Assembly (NCBI GenBank): GCA_963727525.1
Contig: CAVSGO010000007.1
Location: 1,408,001 to 1,472,000, forward strand
Direction of reading: 5' to 3'
Length of the DNA stretch: 64,000 nt
Origin: an uncultured bacterium
Lineage (GTDB): Bacteria; Krumholzibacteriota; Krumholzibacteriia; LZORAL124-64-63
Position 1 is the first letter of the stretch. Each line of letters starts with the position of its first letter. Positions 23,042 to 32,909 of this stretch are shown piece after piece. A program made the position numbers and the translations under genes. The notes beneath the pieces are model-generated. The model had not been told where the DNA came from. It did not search any database and saw nothing but the letters and a program-made list of their open reading frames with translations.

Positions 23042-25498
23042 GTGCGTTCCACCCGCACCGTCCTCGTCGCCCTCTGTCTGCTGATCACGATCCCGATGCT
23101 CGCCCCGTGGGCCCGCGCCGCCGCGTCGGATCTCTCCGACGCGGTCGTGGACTGGAATCACGAGGATTGGCGGCTCGACCGGGCCATGCTCGTGAGGGTC
23201 TTCCTCTACCAGTCCGTCGCCACGTCCGATGCATGGGCCGACTACCAGCTTGCCGTCCACACGCCCGCGGGCATCGACTCGCTCACGGCCGACCAGTTCC
23301 GCGGCGCGCCGGCGCCGTTGCGGCTCGACCGCAGCCGGAAGGCGTGGCAGGAAGTGCGCAAGGGGATCCTCGCGGTGTACGATCCCGCGTCGCAGCTCGT
23401 CCAGGCGGCGCAGGAGAACGAGCAGCCATGTCTGGCGGGGTCGTGCCCACCACCCGCGTCGATGGGTGTGGGGGTCACGCGGGCGCTCGCGCACTTCACG
23501 CGGGCGGTGGCGCTGGATCCCACGAACGTCGTCGCGTGGTACCACCTCGGGTACTTTTTGGGCCTGGTAGGCGACACCGAGCGGGCCCATCTCGCCCGCA
23601 TGACCTTCCTCGCCCAGCTTGCCGACCTGCCAGGGGACGAGCAGAAGACGCTCGTCACGCTTCGCACACGCGCCGTGCTCGACGAGGCGTGGGGGCTACG
23701 CGAGGCGGGGCGTTTCGATGATTGCGAGGCGTGGCTGACCGAGCACATGCCCTACTCGGCGAAGAAGGTGGAGGGCGTGGCACCCGTCCACGAAGCGCGG
23801 CTGCTGCAGGCGTTGTGCGCCGCCGAGCAGGGGCGCTGGATCGAGGCCCGCGAGCTGGGCAACAACTTACCAATGCTCGAGGTGCCCGTGCGCAGCTTCG
23901 TGGCCTGGCAATTGCCTGCCACGTCGGCCGGACCGGGGCTGAGCAGCTATAGCCCCGAGGCGTATGACAACATCACGGACGCCAACGTCGACATCATGCG
24001 ACTGAACTTCAACAAGCTCGCGTGGGAGCGGCGCGAGAACGACATGCTGCGCCGCTGGGTGCAGGTATGGTCGGCCTTCGCGGCGGGACGCGAGGACGAG
24101 GCGCGTCGCCTGATCGGCGAGCCGACCTGGGATCTGGAGTATCCTCCCGGTCTCGGCGCGCGCTGGTGGCAGGACCAGGGAACGATCCTCGAGGCCCTCG
24201 GCGAGCATGACCTCGCCCAGCGCTGCTACGGGCGCGCGGCGGTATACCACCCCTACTTCATCTACTTCCCGCTCGAGTCGGTACGGGGTATTCCCGAGGT
24301 TCACGGCGTCAGGGATACGGGTGCCGACTACATGCTGGCCTACCGGACGTTCTTCGTCGCCGGGAGCATCTTCAGCTACGCCGCCAACGCGGCGCTGGCG
24401 TGCGAGGCCGAGCTGCCGGGCCCCGCCCGCGACCTGGTATTCAACATCGCCCTGTCGGGGCTCGACGCGTGCCGTCGTCGGCACATCCATCCCACCGACG
24501 CGCTCGCGCTGCGGGGCCGCCTGCGCTTCTTGCAGGAGAACTACACCGCCGCGCAGAGCGACCTCGAGACGGCGCACGCCGAGCTGAGCGAGGCCGGCCG
24601 CGAGGATGGCCAGGTGCAGCTCATGCTCGGACTGGTGCACTTCAACGATCACGACTTCACGGGCGCGATCCCCTGGCTGCGCCGCTTCACGGAGCTGTCG
24701 CCGGACGCCGCCATCGGCTGGCGTACGCTCGGCCTCGCGTTTGCTTACAGCGGGCAGGACACGGAAGCGCTCGCGGCCATCGACAAAGCGGTGGTCCTGG
24801 AGCCGGACGCGCCCTCGGGTCTCTATAACCGCGGCCTGCTGCATTACCGTGCCGGCGAGCGCGACCTCGCCACGGCCGACTTCGCGCGCGCCCACGATCT
24901 GCTGCCAGACAATCCCCAGATCACCCAGATGCTCGAAGCCGCGCGCTCCGGTCCTCTGCAGAAGCTCGAGCTCACCCCCTCGCCCGTGCGCCTGGAGATG
25001 AGCGCGCAGGAGCGCGCCGCGGTGGCGCGGGCGCGGCAAGCCTCCAAGGTGGGCGTGGCCGCGGCGGCCACCGACCTGGGCGCCCTCGCACCCGACGAGC
25101 GGCAACCTGTGCTGCAGCGCCTGCAGGCTGAGTACGCGAAGGAGCCCAGCCCGGCGCGGCGCGACGAGCTGGCCTGGACGGCGCTCACCGCCGATCGCGC
25201 GGACGTCACGCAACGACTCCTTAGCCCGCTCTGGCCCGACAAGCTGACGCGGGACGAGCTGATGTTGCTGCTACAGGCCGACCGCCGACGCGGCGAGGCG
25301 AAGCGCGCATCGGCGCTCGTCGCCACGTTGCCGCGAGGCACCGAGCGCTGGACCGATCCGTCAATCTGGTCCCTCGCCGCGGCCATCGCCCTGGACATCG
25401 ACAACCGAGATCTGGCGCGGCAGGCGCTCGAGGCGGCGCTGCGGCTGGCGCCCGACAACATGACGTTGAAGGCCCAGCTCGATCGGCTGAAGAACTGA
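23042..25498 (+). CDS. Secreted tetratricopeptide repeat protein
   Basis: Signal peptide; repeated TPR helices (AVALDPTNVVAWYHLG, AVVLEPDAPSGLYNRG, ALRLAPDN); GGAGG RBS. Confidence 0.82.
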   Translation: MRSTRTVLVALCLLITIPMLAPWARAAASDLSDAVVDWNHEDWRLDRAMLVRVFLYQSVATSDAWADYQLAVHTPAGIDSLTADQFRGAPAPLRLDRSRKAWQEVRKGILAVYDPASQLVQAAQENEQPCLAGSCPPPASMGVGVTRALAHFTRAVALDPTNVVAWYHLGYFLGLVGDTERAHLARMTFLAQLADLPGDEQKTLVTLRTRAVLDEAWGLREAGRFDDCEAWLTEHMPYSAKKVEGVAPVHEARLLQALCAAEQGRWIEARELGNNLPMLEVPVRSFVAWQLPATSAGPGLSSYSPEAYDNITDANVDIMRLNFNKLAWERRENDMLRRWVQVWSAFAAGREDEARRLIGEPTWDLEYPPGLGARWWQDQGTILEALGEHDLAQRCYGRAAVYHPYFIYFPLESVRGIPEVHGVRDTGADYMLAYRTFFVAGSIFSYAANAALACEAELPGPARDLVFNIALSGLDACRRRHIHPTDALALRGRLRFLQENYTAAQSDLETAHAELSEAGREDGQVQLMLGLVHFNDHDFTGAIPWLRRFTELSPDAAIGWRTLGLAFAYSGQDTEALAAIDKAVVLEPDAPSGLYNRGLLHYRAGERDLATADFARAHDLLPDNPQITQMLEAARSGPLQKLELTPSPVRLEMSAQERAAVARARQASKVGVAAAATDLGALAPDERQPVLQRLQAEYAKEPSPARRDELAWTALTADRADVTQRLLSPLWPDKLTRDELMLLLQADRRRGEAKRASALVATLPRGTERWTDPSIWSLAAAIALDIDNRDLARQALEAALRLAPDNMTLKAQLDRLKN

Positions 25499-25507
25499 GC
25501 GTGTGAA

Positions 25508-26410
25508 CTACCGCGTGGAGTCGGGGAGGGCGGCGAGGGCGGCGCCGGCAGCGGCGTCGAGGTCGGGCGGCAAACCGAGGGCGCGCGCCGATGAGAAGGC
25601 GTCGCGGGCCTGGACCGGGTTGCGCAACGCCCGGTGCAGCACGCCCAGATCGTAGAGCACGCGCGCCGACGCTGTCGCATCCGGCGCCTGCTCCAGCGCC
25701 CGCATCAGGATGTCGAGAGCCTCGAAGTCATGTCCGGCGACCTGCCGGTCCTGGGCTTGCCGCCGCAGGTCCCTCACGCTGGCGCGGTCGGCGGCGAACC
25801 GCGTGGTATCAGCGTCGACCGTCGCCGTCGGTCCCGTGAGGCGGCGCAGCAACAGCGCGGCCACCGCGTCGCCACGGTCACCGAGCAGCGCGGCCCGGCA
25901 GTGGTCGATCGCCCCGGCACGGTCTCCCGCCGCGTATGCCTCGAGAGCGCGATTCACGTGGTACGAGTACGCGCGGACGTTCAGGTCCCTGGGCGGCCCC
26001 CAGGCCGAGATCGTGAAGACACCGCCCGTCGATCCCGCCGTCAGCACGGCGCTGAGCGACTCGCCCTCGCCCCAGGGTACGGACACCTCGTGCCGCGTCT
26101 CCCCGCGCCCGTCGTAGAGCAGGCTTCCGTCGGTCAGGCGCAGCACGTTCAGGTTCGACGGTGTCCGGTTGCTCTCCACGAGCAGCGACCAGCGGCGCAC
26201 GGGGAGCTGCGGGAAGTCGAAATGCAATGCCGCGGCCTCGCCCGGGGCGAGAGTGACGGTTTCCGAGGTCCAGGAGACGAGCCCCGGCGGTCCGCCGGCG
26301 GCCTGGAGGCTGCCGACCTGCAATACGATGGCGAGGCAAAGGCTCAACCGGCACGCCTCTTGCCAGGAGCGGTGCCGGGAAGCGGAGCGTGTCATGTCGT
26401 CGCAAGTCAT
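25508..26410 (-). CDS. Hypothetical secreted protein with C-terminal TPR-like helices
   Basis: Signal-like N-terminus, beta-rich domain, then ARVLYDLGVLHRAL TPR-like; start uncertain. Confidence 0.6.
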   Translation of the reverse strand: MTCDDMTRSASRHRSWQEACRLSLCLAIVLQVGSLQAAGGPPGLVSWTSETVTLAPGEAAALHFDFPQLPVRRWSLLVESNRTPSNLNVLRLTDGSLLYDGRGETRHEVSVPWGEGESLSAVLTAGSTGGVFTISAWGPPRDLNVRAYSYHVNRALEAYAAGDRAGAIDHCRAALLGDRGDAVAALLLRRLTGPTATVDADTTRFAADRASVRDLRRQAQDRQVAGHDFEALDILMRALEQAPDATASARVLYDLGVLHRALRNPVQARDAFSSARALGLPPDLDAAAGAALAALPDSTR

Positions 26411-26541
26411 TCCCGGGCCTCGCGGTGGAGCCGGCATTGCCTCGCCGGTGAACTGCGGCTAGACTCCAGCTCAGCATAAGACGCGAGCCGGGACGCGACA
26501 AGCGCGACGCCTCGCTCGCCCCGATCCGGGAGGAGATCTCC

Positions 26542-27579
26542 GTGCCGCACCGCTCGCGACTCGTACTGATCGTGATGACCATCGCCGTCGGCGCCACGTG
26601 CGCCCTGGCGGACGATGCGGCCATGGCGCCTCAGTCAGCCGACGTCACGGTGACGATCACCAATGGCACCACCGGCAAGCCCGGCACCGCCGATCGTGTG
26701 GAAGTGCGCGAGATCGGCTACGCCATGCGGTTGCTGGCCTCGGCCGACAACGTGAAGGGCCAGATCGTGTTCCCGAACGTCGAGCTGCTGAGCTTCCGGC
26801 CCTATCTCGCCACCGCTATCCGCAACGGCGTCCCTTATCAGGCGCGTATGAACGGCCAGAACTTCCTCGACGGCGAGGCACTCACGGTCTACGTCTTCGA
26901 CGAGACCGACGACCTCGATGGCGTCACGATCACGGGGTTGAACGCCGTCCTGCGCCGCCGCGGCGCGGGCTACGAACTCGAGTACGTGATGACGATCGAG
27001 AACAAGATGCGCCCGCAGAAGACGGTGAGCGCCGCCGCTGTCCCCGTGCGGATGCTCATGCCCGCCGGCGTCGCCAACCTGCAGGGACAGGTCTTTCGCG
27101 GACCCGAATCGGAGCCCATCACGCTGCAGGCCACCGCGGACGGTTTCACCGGCTCTGCCATCGCATTGCCGCCTGGCGGCACCCGCATCACCGCCACCGG
27201 CTTCCTCGCCGCCGCGGGCAAGGCGCACGTCGACATCGCCTGCAATCTGCCCGTCGAGGCCTGGAGCCTGCTGGTCTCTCCTCAGGACCTCGTCGTGGCC
27301 TGTGCCGAACTGAATCGCAACAACGACGACGAGTACCCCACCTATACCCGCTACCGCGGGGCCGCCCTGGCGGCCGGCCAGCGGGTCCCCGTGGACGTGA
27401 ACGTGGCCCCCGGGGTCGGCCAGGCGACGGACGTCTTCGCCGGCGCCGACACCGGCACCACGCCCGCCGGCGCCCTGCCTTCTACCGGCGACGATGCCGA
27501 TGGGGGCTTCCCCTGGGCCGTGATCCTGGGCGTGAGCGTCGCCCTGGTCGCCTTCGGTATCTGGCGCCGTAGCAGATAG
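26542..27579 (+). CDS. Exported protein with C-terminal membrane anchor
   Basis: Signal peptide ALA-DD; beta-rich body; ends LPSTG...FPWAVILGVSVALVAFGIWRRSR; GGAGGAG RBS. Confidence 0.75.
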   Translation: MPHRSRLVLIVMTIAVGATCALADDAAMAPQSADVTVTITNGTTGKPGTADRVEVREIGYAMRLLASADNVKGQIVFPNVELLSFRPYLATAIRNGVPYQARMNGQNFLDGEALTVYVFDETDDLDGVTITGLNAVLRRRGAGYELEYVMTIENKMRPQKTVSAAAVPVRMLMPAGVANLQGQVFRGPESEPITLQATADGFTGSAIALPPGGTRITATGFLAAAGKAHVDIACNLPVEAWSLLVSPQDLVVACAELNRNNDDEYPTYTRYRGAALAAGQRVPVDVNVAPGVGQATDVFAGADTGTTPAGALPSTGDDADGGFPWAVILGVSVALVAFGIWRRSR

Positions 27580-27615
27580 TTGCAGCGTCGGTTGCAGACA
27601 TCTCCATAAGAGATA

Positions 27616-27645
27616 TTGTCGCCTCCCTTGATCTAAGGGTATACT
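27616..27645 (+). promoter_or_regulatory. Putative sigma70 promoter of the protease gene
   Basis: TTGTCG-18 bp-TATACT in an AT-rich gap; spacer contains inverted repeat CCCTT-GATCT-AAGGG. Confidence 0.45.
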
Positions 27646-27696
27646 AGTCTGGCCCTTGCACCCGTAAGCCCCCTCCTGCCACAAGGAGTTCCCCAC

Positions 27697-30177
27697 ATGC
27701 ACTGGCGTCTGCTGAAGATCGCCCTGCCGGCGATCGCGCTCGTCGTGATCGCGTCGGCCGGAGCCGCTACTGTCATCCCCACGTCCCAGCTCCAGTCCGT
27801 CCAGCCCCTTTCCAGTGTCGCACGCCTCGACCTGCCCCCGGTCGACATCGCCGCCGCCAAGGCGGAGGACGCCGGCGCCAAGGACGCGCCGCCGCGCTTC
27901 GCCCTGGCGGAGAAGGTCGACATCACGCCCGACAACGCCGGCACGTGGGAATCGCTTCCCGATCCCGACACCCTGCTCTGGCGTCTGCACGTCACGGCGC
28001 CGAACGCGCTCTCGCTCAATCTCGGCTTCGATCGGTTCTGGTTGCCGAAGTCGACGCGCCTGGTGGTGTATCCCGTCGACGGCGACATGACCACGGCGCG
28101 GGTCTTCAACGAATTCGACAACCGCGACGGCGGCCAGATGTGGACGCCCGTGGTGCTGGGCAGCGACATCGTCATCGAGCTGACACTGCCCGCCGAGTTC
28201 CGCCACAACTTCGCCCTGCACATCGCGAGCATCAACAAGGGCTACCGCGTCTTCGGCGAGCAGCCCAGCGAGAAGTCGGGCGCCTGCAACATCGATGTCG
28301 TGTGCCCCGAGGGCGACGACTGGCGCGGCGAGATCAACGCCAACGGCGTCTACACCGTCAACGGCACCTGGTATTGCTCCGGCTCGATGGTGAACAACAC
28401 CGCCGATGACGGCACGCCGTACTTCCTGACGGCGTACCACTGCGGTGTCACGTCGAGCAACGCGGGCGGCGTGGTGATCTACTGGAACTTCCAGAGCCCC
28501 ACCTGCGGCCAGCACGGCGGCGGTTCCCTCGCCGATTACAGCTCGGGCACCATCTTCCGCGCGCGCTACTCGACCAGCGACTTCTGCCTCCTCGAGCTGC
28601 AGCAGGCGCCGGATCCCGCGTGGAATGTCACCTTCAATGGCTGGGACCGCACCAGCAACGACCCCACGTCAGCGGTGGCGATCCACCACCCGAACTGCGA
28701 CGAGAAGAGCATCAGCTTCGAGTATGACCCCACGTCGACCACCAGCTACCTCGGCACGAGCAGCCCGGGCGACGGCACCCACATCCGTATCACCGACTGG
28801 GACCTCGGCACCACCGAGCCCGGCAGCAGCGGCTCGCCGCTCTACGACCAGAACCACCATCTCGTGGGTCAGCTCCACGGCGGCTATGCCGCGTGCGGCA
28901 ACGACCTGTCCGACTACTACGGCCGCTTCTCGCTGAGCTGGACCGGCGGCGGCAGTGCGACCTCCCGCCTGAGCGACTGGCTCGATCCGATCGGTACGGC
29001 GCCCAGCAGTATCGATCTCTACGATCCCAACGCCACCGGCATGGCCGTCACCCCGTTCGCGGCCCTCGACAGCCAGGGCAACCATGGCGGCCCGTTCACA
29101 CCGTCGTCGAAGACGTACTCGGTGATCAACCAGGGCGACGCAGCGTTCACCTTCGCCGTGACCGTCGACCAGCCCTGGGTCTCGATCTCGGGCGGCTCGG
29201 GCTCGCTGACGCCCGGCAACAGCGCCGACGTTGTCGTCTCGCTCAACGGTGCGGCCAATGCGCTACCCAACGGCACCTACACGGCGTCTGTGAGCTTCGT
29301 CAACCAGACCAACGGCGACGGCGACACCACCCGCGCGGCGCACCTGCAGGTCGGCGTGCCCGAGGTCGTCTACAGCTTCCCGCTGGACAGCGACCCCGGC
29401 TGGACGACGGAGGGCCAGTGGGCATGGGGCCATCCCACCGGCGGCAACGGTGACCATGGCAGTCCCGACCCTACCAACGGCTACACCGGCAGCTATGTCA
29501 TGGGCTACAACCTCACGGGCGGCTACACGAACGACCTGCCCGAGTACAGCGTGACCACCGGCGCCATCGACTGCTCCCAGCTCCAAGCGGTGTCGGTACG
29601 CTTCCGCCGCTGGCTCGGCGTGGAGCAGCCGGCGTACGATCACGCGTACGTCAGGGTGAGCAATGACGGCTCGAACTGGACCACCGTGTGGGAAAACGGC
29701 GCCGAGATTTCCGACACGGCCTGGCAGCTCGTGGAGTACGACATCAGCGCCATCGCCGATGGCCACGCCACCGTGTACCTGCGCTGGACCATGGGCACCA
29801 CGGATGGCAGCTGGACATTCTGCGGATGGAACCTCGACGACGTCGAGATCCTCGGCCTGCAGCCGCAGGGCCAGACACCTGTGGAGGACACGCCCGCGCT
29901 GGCCACCGCGCTGCGCGGCGCCGCGCCCAACCCGTTCAACCCGAAGACCGACGTGCACTTCGACGTCGCGCGCGCCGGCCACACCACGCTCGCGATCTTC
30001 GACGCCCGCGGCCAGCGCGTACGCGTGCTCGTGGACGCGGAGCTGCCGGCCGGCTCGCACACCGTGCCCTGGGATGGCACCGACGCCCAGGGCCGCCGTG
30101 TCGGCAGCGGCGTGTACTTCCTGCGCCTCGCCGCCGGCGACGTGCACGACGTCAGCAAGGTCGTCATGGTGAAGTAG
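27697..30177 (+). CDS. Secreted lysyl endopeptidase-like trypsin-family serine protease with BACON-like, jelly-roll and FlgD-Ig C-terminal domains
   Basis: LTAYHC (His), SDFCLL (Asp), TEPGSSGSPL (Ser), GQLHGG; C-terminal PNPFNP...WDGTD...SGVYF...KVVMVK. Confidence 0.9.
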   Translation: MHWRLLKIALPAIALVVIASAGAATVIPTSQLQSVQPLSSVARLDLPPVDIAAAKAEDAGAKDAPPRFALAEKVDITPDNAGTWESLPDPDTLLWRLHVTAPNALSLNLGFDRFWLPKSTRLVVYPVDGDMTTARVFNEFDNRDGGQMWTPVVLGSDIVIELTLPAEFRHNFALHIASINKGYRVFGEQPSEKSGACNIDVVCPEGDDWRGEINANGVYTVNGTWYCSGSMVNNTADDGTPYFLTAYHCGVTSSNAGGVVIYWNFQSPTCGQHGGGSLADYSSGTIFRARYSTSDFCLLELQQAPDPAWNVTFNGWDRTSNDPTSAVAIHHPNCDEKSISFEYDPTSTTSYLGTSSPGDGTHIRITDWDLGTTEPGSSGSPLYDQNHHLVGQLHGGYAACGNDLSDYYGRFSLSWTGGGSATSRLSDWLDPIGTAPSSIDLYDPNATGMAVTPFAALDSQGNHGGPFTPSSKTYSVINQGDAAFTFAVTVDQPWVSISGGSGSLTPGNSADVVVSLNGAANALPNGTYTASVSFVNQTNGDGDTTRAAHLQVGVPEVVYSFPLDSDPGWTTEGQWAWGHPTGGNGDHGSPDPTNGYTGSYVMGYNLTGGYTNDLPEYSVTTGAIDCSQLQAVSVRFRRWLGVEQPAYDHAYVRVSNDGSNWTTVWENGAEISDTAWQLVEYDISAIADGHATVYLRWTMGTTDGSWTFCGWNLDDVEILGLQPQGQTPVEDTPALATALRGAAPNPFNPKTDVHFDVARAGHTTLAIFDARGQRVRVLVDAELPAGSHTVPWDGTDAQGRRVGSGVYFLRLAAGDVHDVSKVVMVK

Positions 30178-30194
30178 ATCGATCGAGTATCGGT

Positions 30195-30235
30195 AGGGCA
30201 CGACCCCGGGGCTCAGGCTCCGGGGTCGCGCCTTT
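30195..30235 (+). terminator. Stem-loop, probable intrinsic terminator
   Basis: GGGCACGACCCCGGGGC-TCAG-GCTCCGGGGTCGCGCCTTT just after protease stop; short U tail. Confidence 0.55.
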
Positions 30236-30307
30236 ACGGATCAGGCTGCGGATCCTATGCTCGGCCGGACGGCGATGGGCGCCGTCGTACCGGGAGAGGA
30301 CAACCTC

Positions 30308-32176
30308 ATGCGCACGCGGACGCTCGCCACCTTCGGGATCGCACTCGTCGTCGTCGGACTCGTGGTCATCGGGCTGATCCTGCGCCAGACGCACGAACTC
30401 GGCGCCAGGTCGCGTCCGCAGCCCGAAGCCGTCGTGCCGGCCGGTCCACCGGCCACCCTGGCCGAGGTCGATACCTTCCTGGTGCGATACAACCACGACT
30501 ACCGGCGGCTGTGGACGGGTTCCGAGGGCGCCAAGTTCCTCGCCAACTCGGACATCACCGATGAGCACACACAGCAGGAGGTGGACGCCGCGCAGGAACT
30601 GGCAGACTTCGTGGGCGATCGCCAGGTCATCGATCAGCTCCGCCATCTGCGGCGGACGCCCGACCTGGACGACCTGCACCGCCGCCAACTCGACCGCGCC
30701 TGGATCGAGGCGGCCCACTACCCCGGCACCGCACCGGCCACGGTGAGCAAGCTCCTCGCCACCGAAGCGGCCGCCACCGCCGCGATGTACAGCCACGAGT
30801 ACACGCTCGCACTTTCGGGCAAGGCGGCGCGCACCGTCACGCCCAACCAGATCGACGAGCTCCTGCGCACGAGTCGCAATCTGGCCGAGCGCCGCGCCGT
30901 GTGGGAGTGCAGCAAGAGCGGCGGCGCCGCTCTGAAGGACCAGCTCGTCGAGCTGCAGGGCTTGCGCAACACCCTGGCGCGCCAGATGGACTACTCGTCG
31001 TTCTTCGACCTGGAGTGCGCCGACTACGGCATGACCAGCGACGAGATGATGACGCTCATCGACGACATCCTCGCCTCCATCATGCCCCTCTACCAGCAGC
31101 TCCAGTGCTGGGTACGCTACGAACTGGCCGAACGCTATGGCGTGAAGGTGGTGCCGGACATGATCCCGGCGCACTGGCTAGGCAACCGCTGGGGCCAGGA
31201 ATGGCCCGGCATCGTCGAGGGAGTGGACCTGGACGCCATGCTCCGGGGCCGGTCTCCGCAGTGGATCGTGCAGCAGGGCGAGCGCTTCTACATGAGCATG
31301 GGCATGCCGTCACTGCCCCTCACGTTCTGGGGCCGCAGCGACCTCTACGAGCTGCCGCCCGACGCCACACGCAAGAAGAACACCCACGCTTCGGCCTGGC
31401 ACGTCGACCTCGACCAGGACGTGCGCTCCCTCATGAGCGTGCGCAGCGACTTCTCGTGGTTCACCACCGTGCACCACGAGCTGGGGCACATCTATTACTA
31501 CCTCGCCTACAGCCGCCCCGAGGTGCCGTACATCCTGCGACGCGGCGCCAACCGTGCCTTCCACGAGGGCATCGGCACCCTCATCGAGCTGGCGAGCAAC
31601 GAGGTCCCCTACCTCGAGGAGATCGGCCTGCTCAAGCCCGGCGAGGCGCCCGACCAGATCCGCTGGCTCTTGAACCAGGCGCTCACCGGCCCGGTCGTGT
31701 TCCTGCCCTTCGCCTGCGGCACGATGACGCACTGGGAGCATGACTTCTACGAGAACGACATGCCGCGCTACTGGATGAACACGCGCTGGTGGGCGCTGGC
31801 CGGCCAGTACCAGGGCATCGCGCCGCCGTCCGAGCGCGGCGAGGACTACTGCGACCCCGCAACCAAGACGCACATCATCGACGACCCCGCGCAGTACTAC
31901 GACTACGCCCTGAGCGAGGTCATCCTGCACCAGCTCCATCGCTATATCTGCCGCAACATCCTGCACCAGGACGTGCACGCCGCCAATTATTACGGCAACC
32001 ACGAGGTGGGCGACTACCTGCATGCCATCCTGGCCGCCGGTGCCACCCGCGACTGGAACCAGCTCCTGGTCGAGGCCACCGGCGAGCCGCTCAACGCCAA
32101 CGCCTTGCTCGACTACTTCGCACCGTTGCAGTCGTGGCTGCAGGAGCAGAACAAGGGGCGCAAGGTCGGGTGGTGA
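30308..32176 (+). CDS. Peptidase M2 family (ACE-like peptidyl-dipeptidase A)
   Basis: IPAHWLGNRWGQEW, HASAW, HHELGH, GANRAFHEGIG, DPATKTHI, YFAPLQSWL; N-terminal TM. Confidence 0.92.
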   Translation: MRTRTLATFGIALVVVGLVVIGLILRQTHELGARSRPQPEAVVPAGPPATLAEVDTFLVRYNHDYRRLWTGSEGAKFLANSDITDEHTQQEVDAAQELADFVGDRQVIDQLRHLRRTPDLDDLHRRQLDRAWIEAAHYPGTAPATVSKLLATEAAATAAMYSHEYTLALSGKAARTVTPNQIDELLRTSRNLAERRAVWECSKSGGAALKDQLVELQGLRNTLARQMDYSSFFDLECADYGMTSDEMMTLIDDILASIMPLYQQLQCWVRYELAERYGVKVVPDMIPAHWLGNRWGQEWPGIVEGVDLDAMLRGRSPQWIVQQGERFYMSMGMPSLPLTFWGRSDLYELPPDATRKKNTHASAWHVDLDQDVRSLMSVRSDFSWFTTVHHELGHIYYYLAYSRPEVPYILRRGANRAFHEGIGTLIELASNEVPYLEEIGLLKPGEAPDQIRWLLNQALTGPVVFLPFACGTMTHWEHDFYENDMPRYWMNTRWWALAGQYQGIAPPSERGEDYCDPATKTHIIDDPAQYYDYALSEVILHQLHRYICRNILHQDVHAANYYGNHEVGDYLHAILAAGATRDWNQLLVEATGEPLNANALLDYFAPLQSWLQEQNKGRKVGW

Positions 32177-32415
32177 ACCCGCGCGCCATGGGCGCGACGG
32201 CGCCCGAGTCCACAGCCCCAACCCGATGGCACGTACCGCGAGTACCACGTCATCGCGTCCTCGATTCTCGGGCCGGATCTCCAGACACCGCTTCCTGACC
32301 TGCACACCTATCTCGCCCAGGGCGTCACCCCTCGAGCCTGCTGCGTCTCGCCACGGCGCCACGCTCGCCGGGATCCTGAATTTTCCCGCAACATTTCGTG
32401 GCGTGATCCGTCATG

Positions 32416-32437
32416 GTGCATTAGTGTCGTAATGCAC
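32416..32437. promoter_or_regulatory. Palindromic operator for YtrA-type GntR regulator
   Basis: Perfect inverted repeat GTGCATTA-gtgtcg-TAATGCAC about 70 bp upstream of the GntR gene. Confidence 0.75.
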
Positions 32438-32509
32438 TAAGGCTCATGGGACACGGGACGCGCCCGGATCACGCGACCCATCCTGACCGCGTCGGGAGGA
32501 TATGCAACG

Positions 32510-32905
32510 ATGCTCTTCGTGGTGGATCCACATAGCGGCGTGCCCATCTTCCGGCAGCTCATGGACCAGGTGAAACTGGGCATCGCCGCGGGCAATCTCC
32601 GCGGCGGCGACGCGTTGCCATCGATCCGCAGCCTGGCCGTACCCCTGGGAGTGAATCCGATGACCATCAGCAAGGCGTACAACCTGCTTGAGCGCGAGGG
32701 CGTGCTCGAGCGCCGCCCCGGACTGCCCCTCGTCGTGTCCGCGGGCGTCGAAAACCAGCTCCAGGCACGGCGCCTCGAGCAGCTCGAGGCCCGACTGCGT
32801 CCGGCCGCCGTGCTGGCGCGCAAGCTGGCCATACCGACCGATGACGCCGTGGCCCTGCTGCGCAAGCTTCTCGGTCCCCGGCCCGCCGACGAGACGAAGG
32901 AGTGA
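32510..32905 (+). CDS. GntR family regulator, YtrA subfamily
   Basis: PIFRQL, LPSIRSLA..LGVNPMTISKAYNLLEREG, short C-terminal domain, followed by ABC genes. Confidence 0.92.
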   Translation: MLFVVDPHSGVPIFRQLMDQVKLGIAAGNLRGGDALPSIRSLAVPLGVNPMTISKAYNLLEREGVLERRPGLPLVVSAGVENQLQARRLEQLEARLRPAAVLARKLAIPTDDAVALLRKLLGPRPADETKE

Positions 32906-32909
32906 CCCG

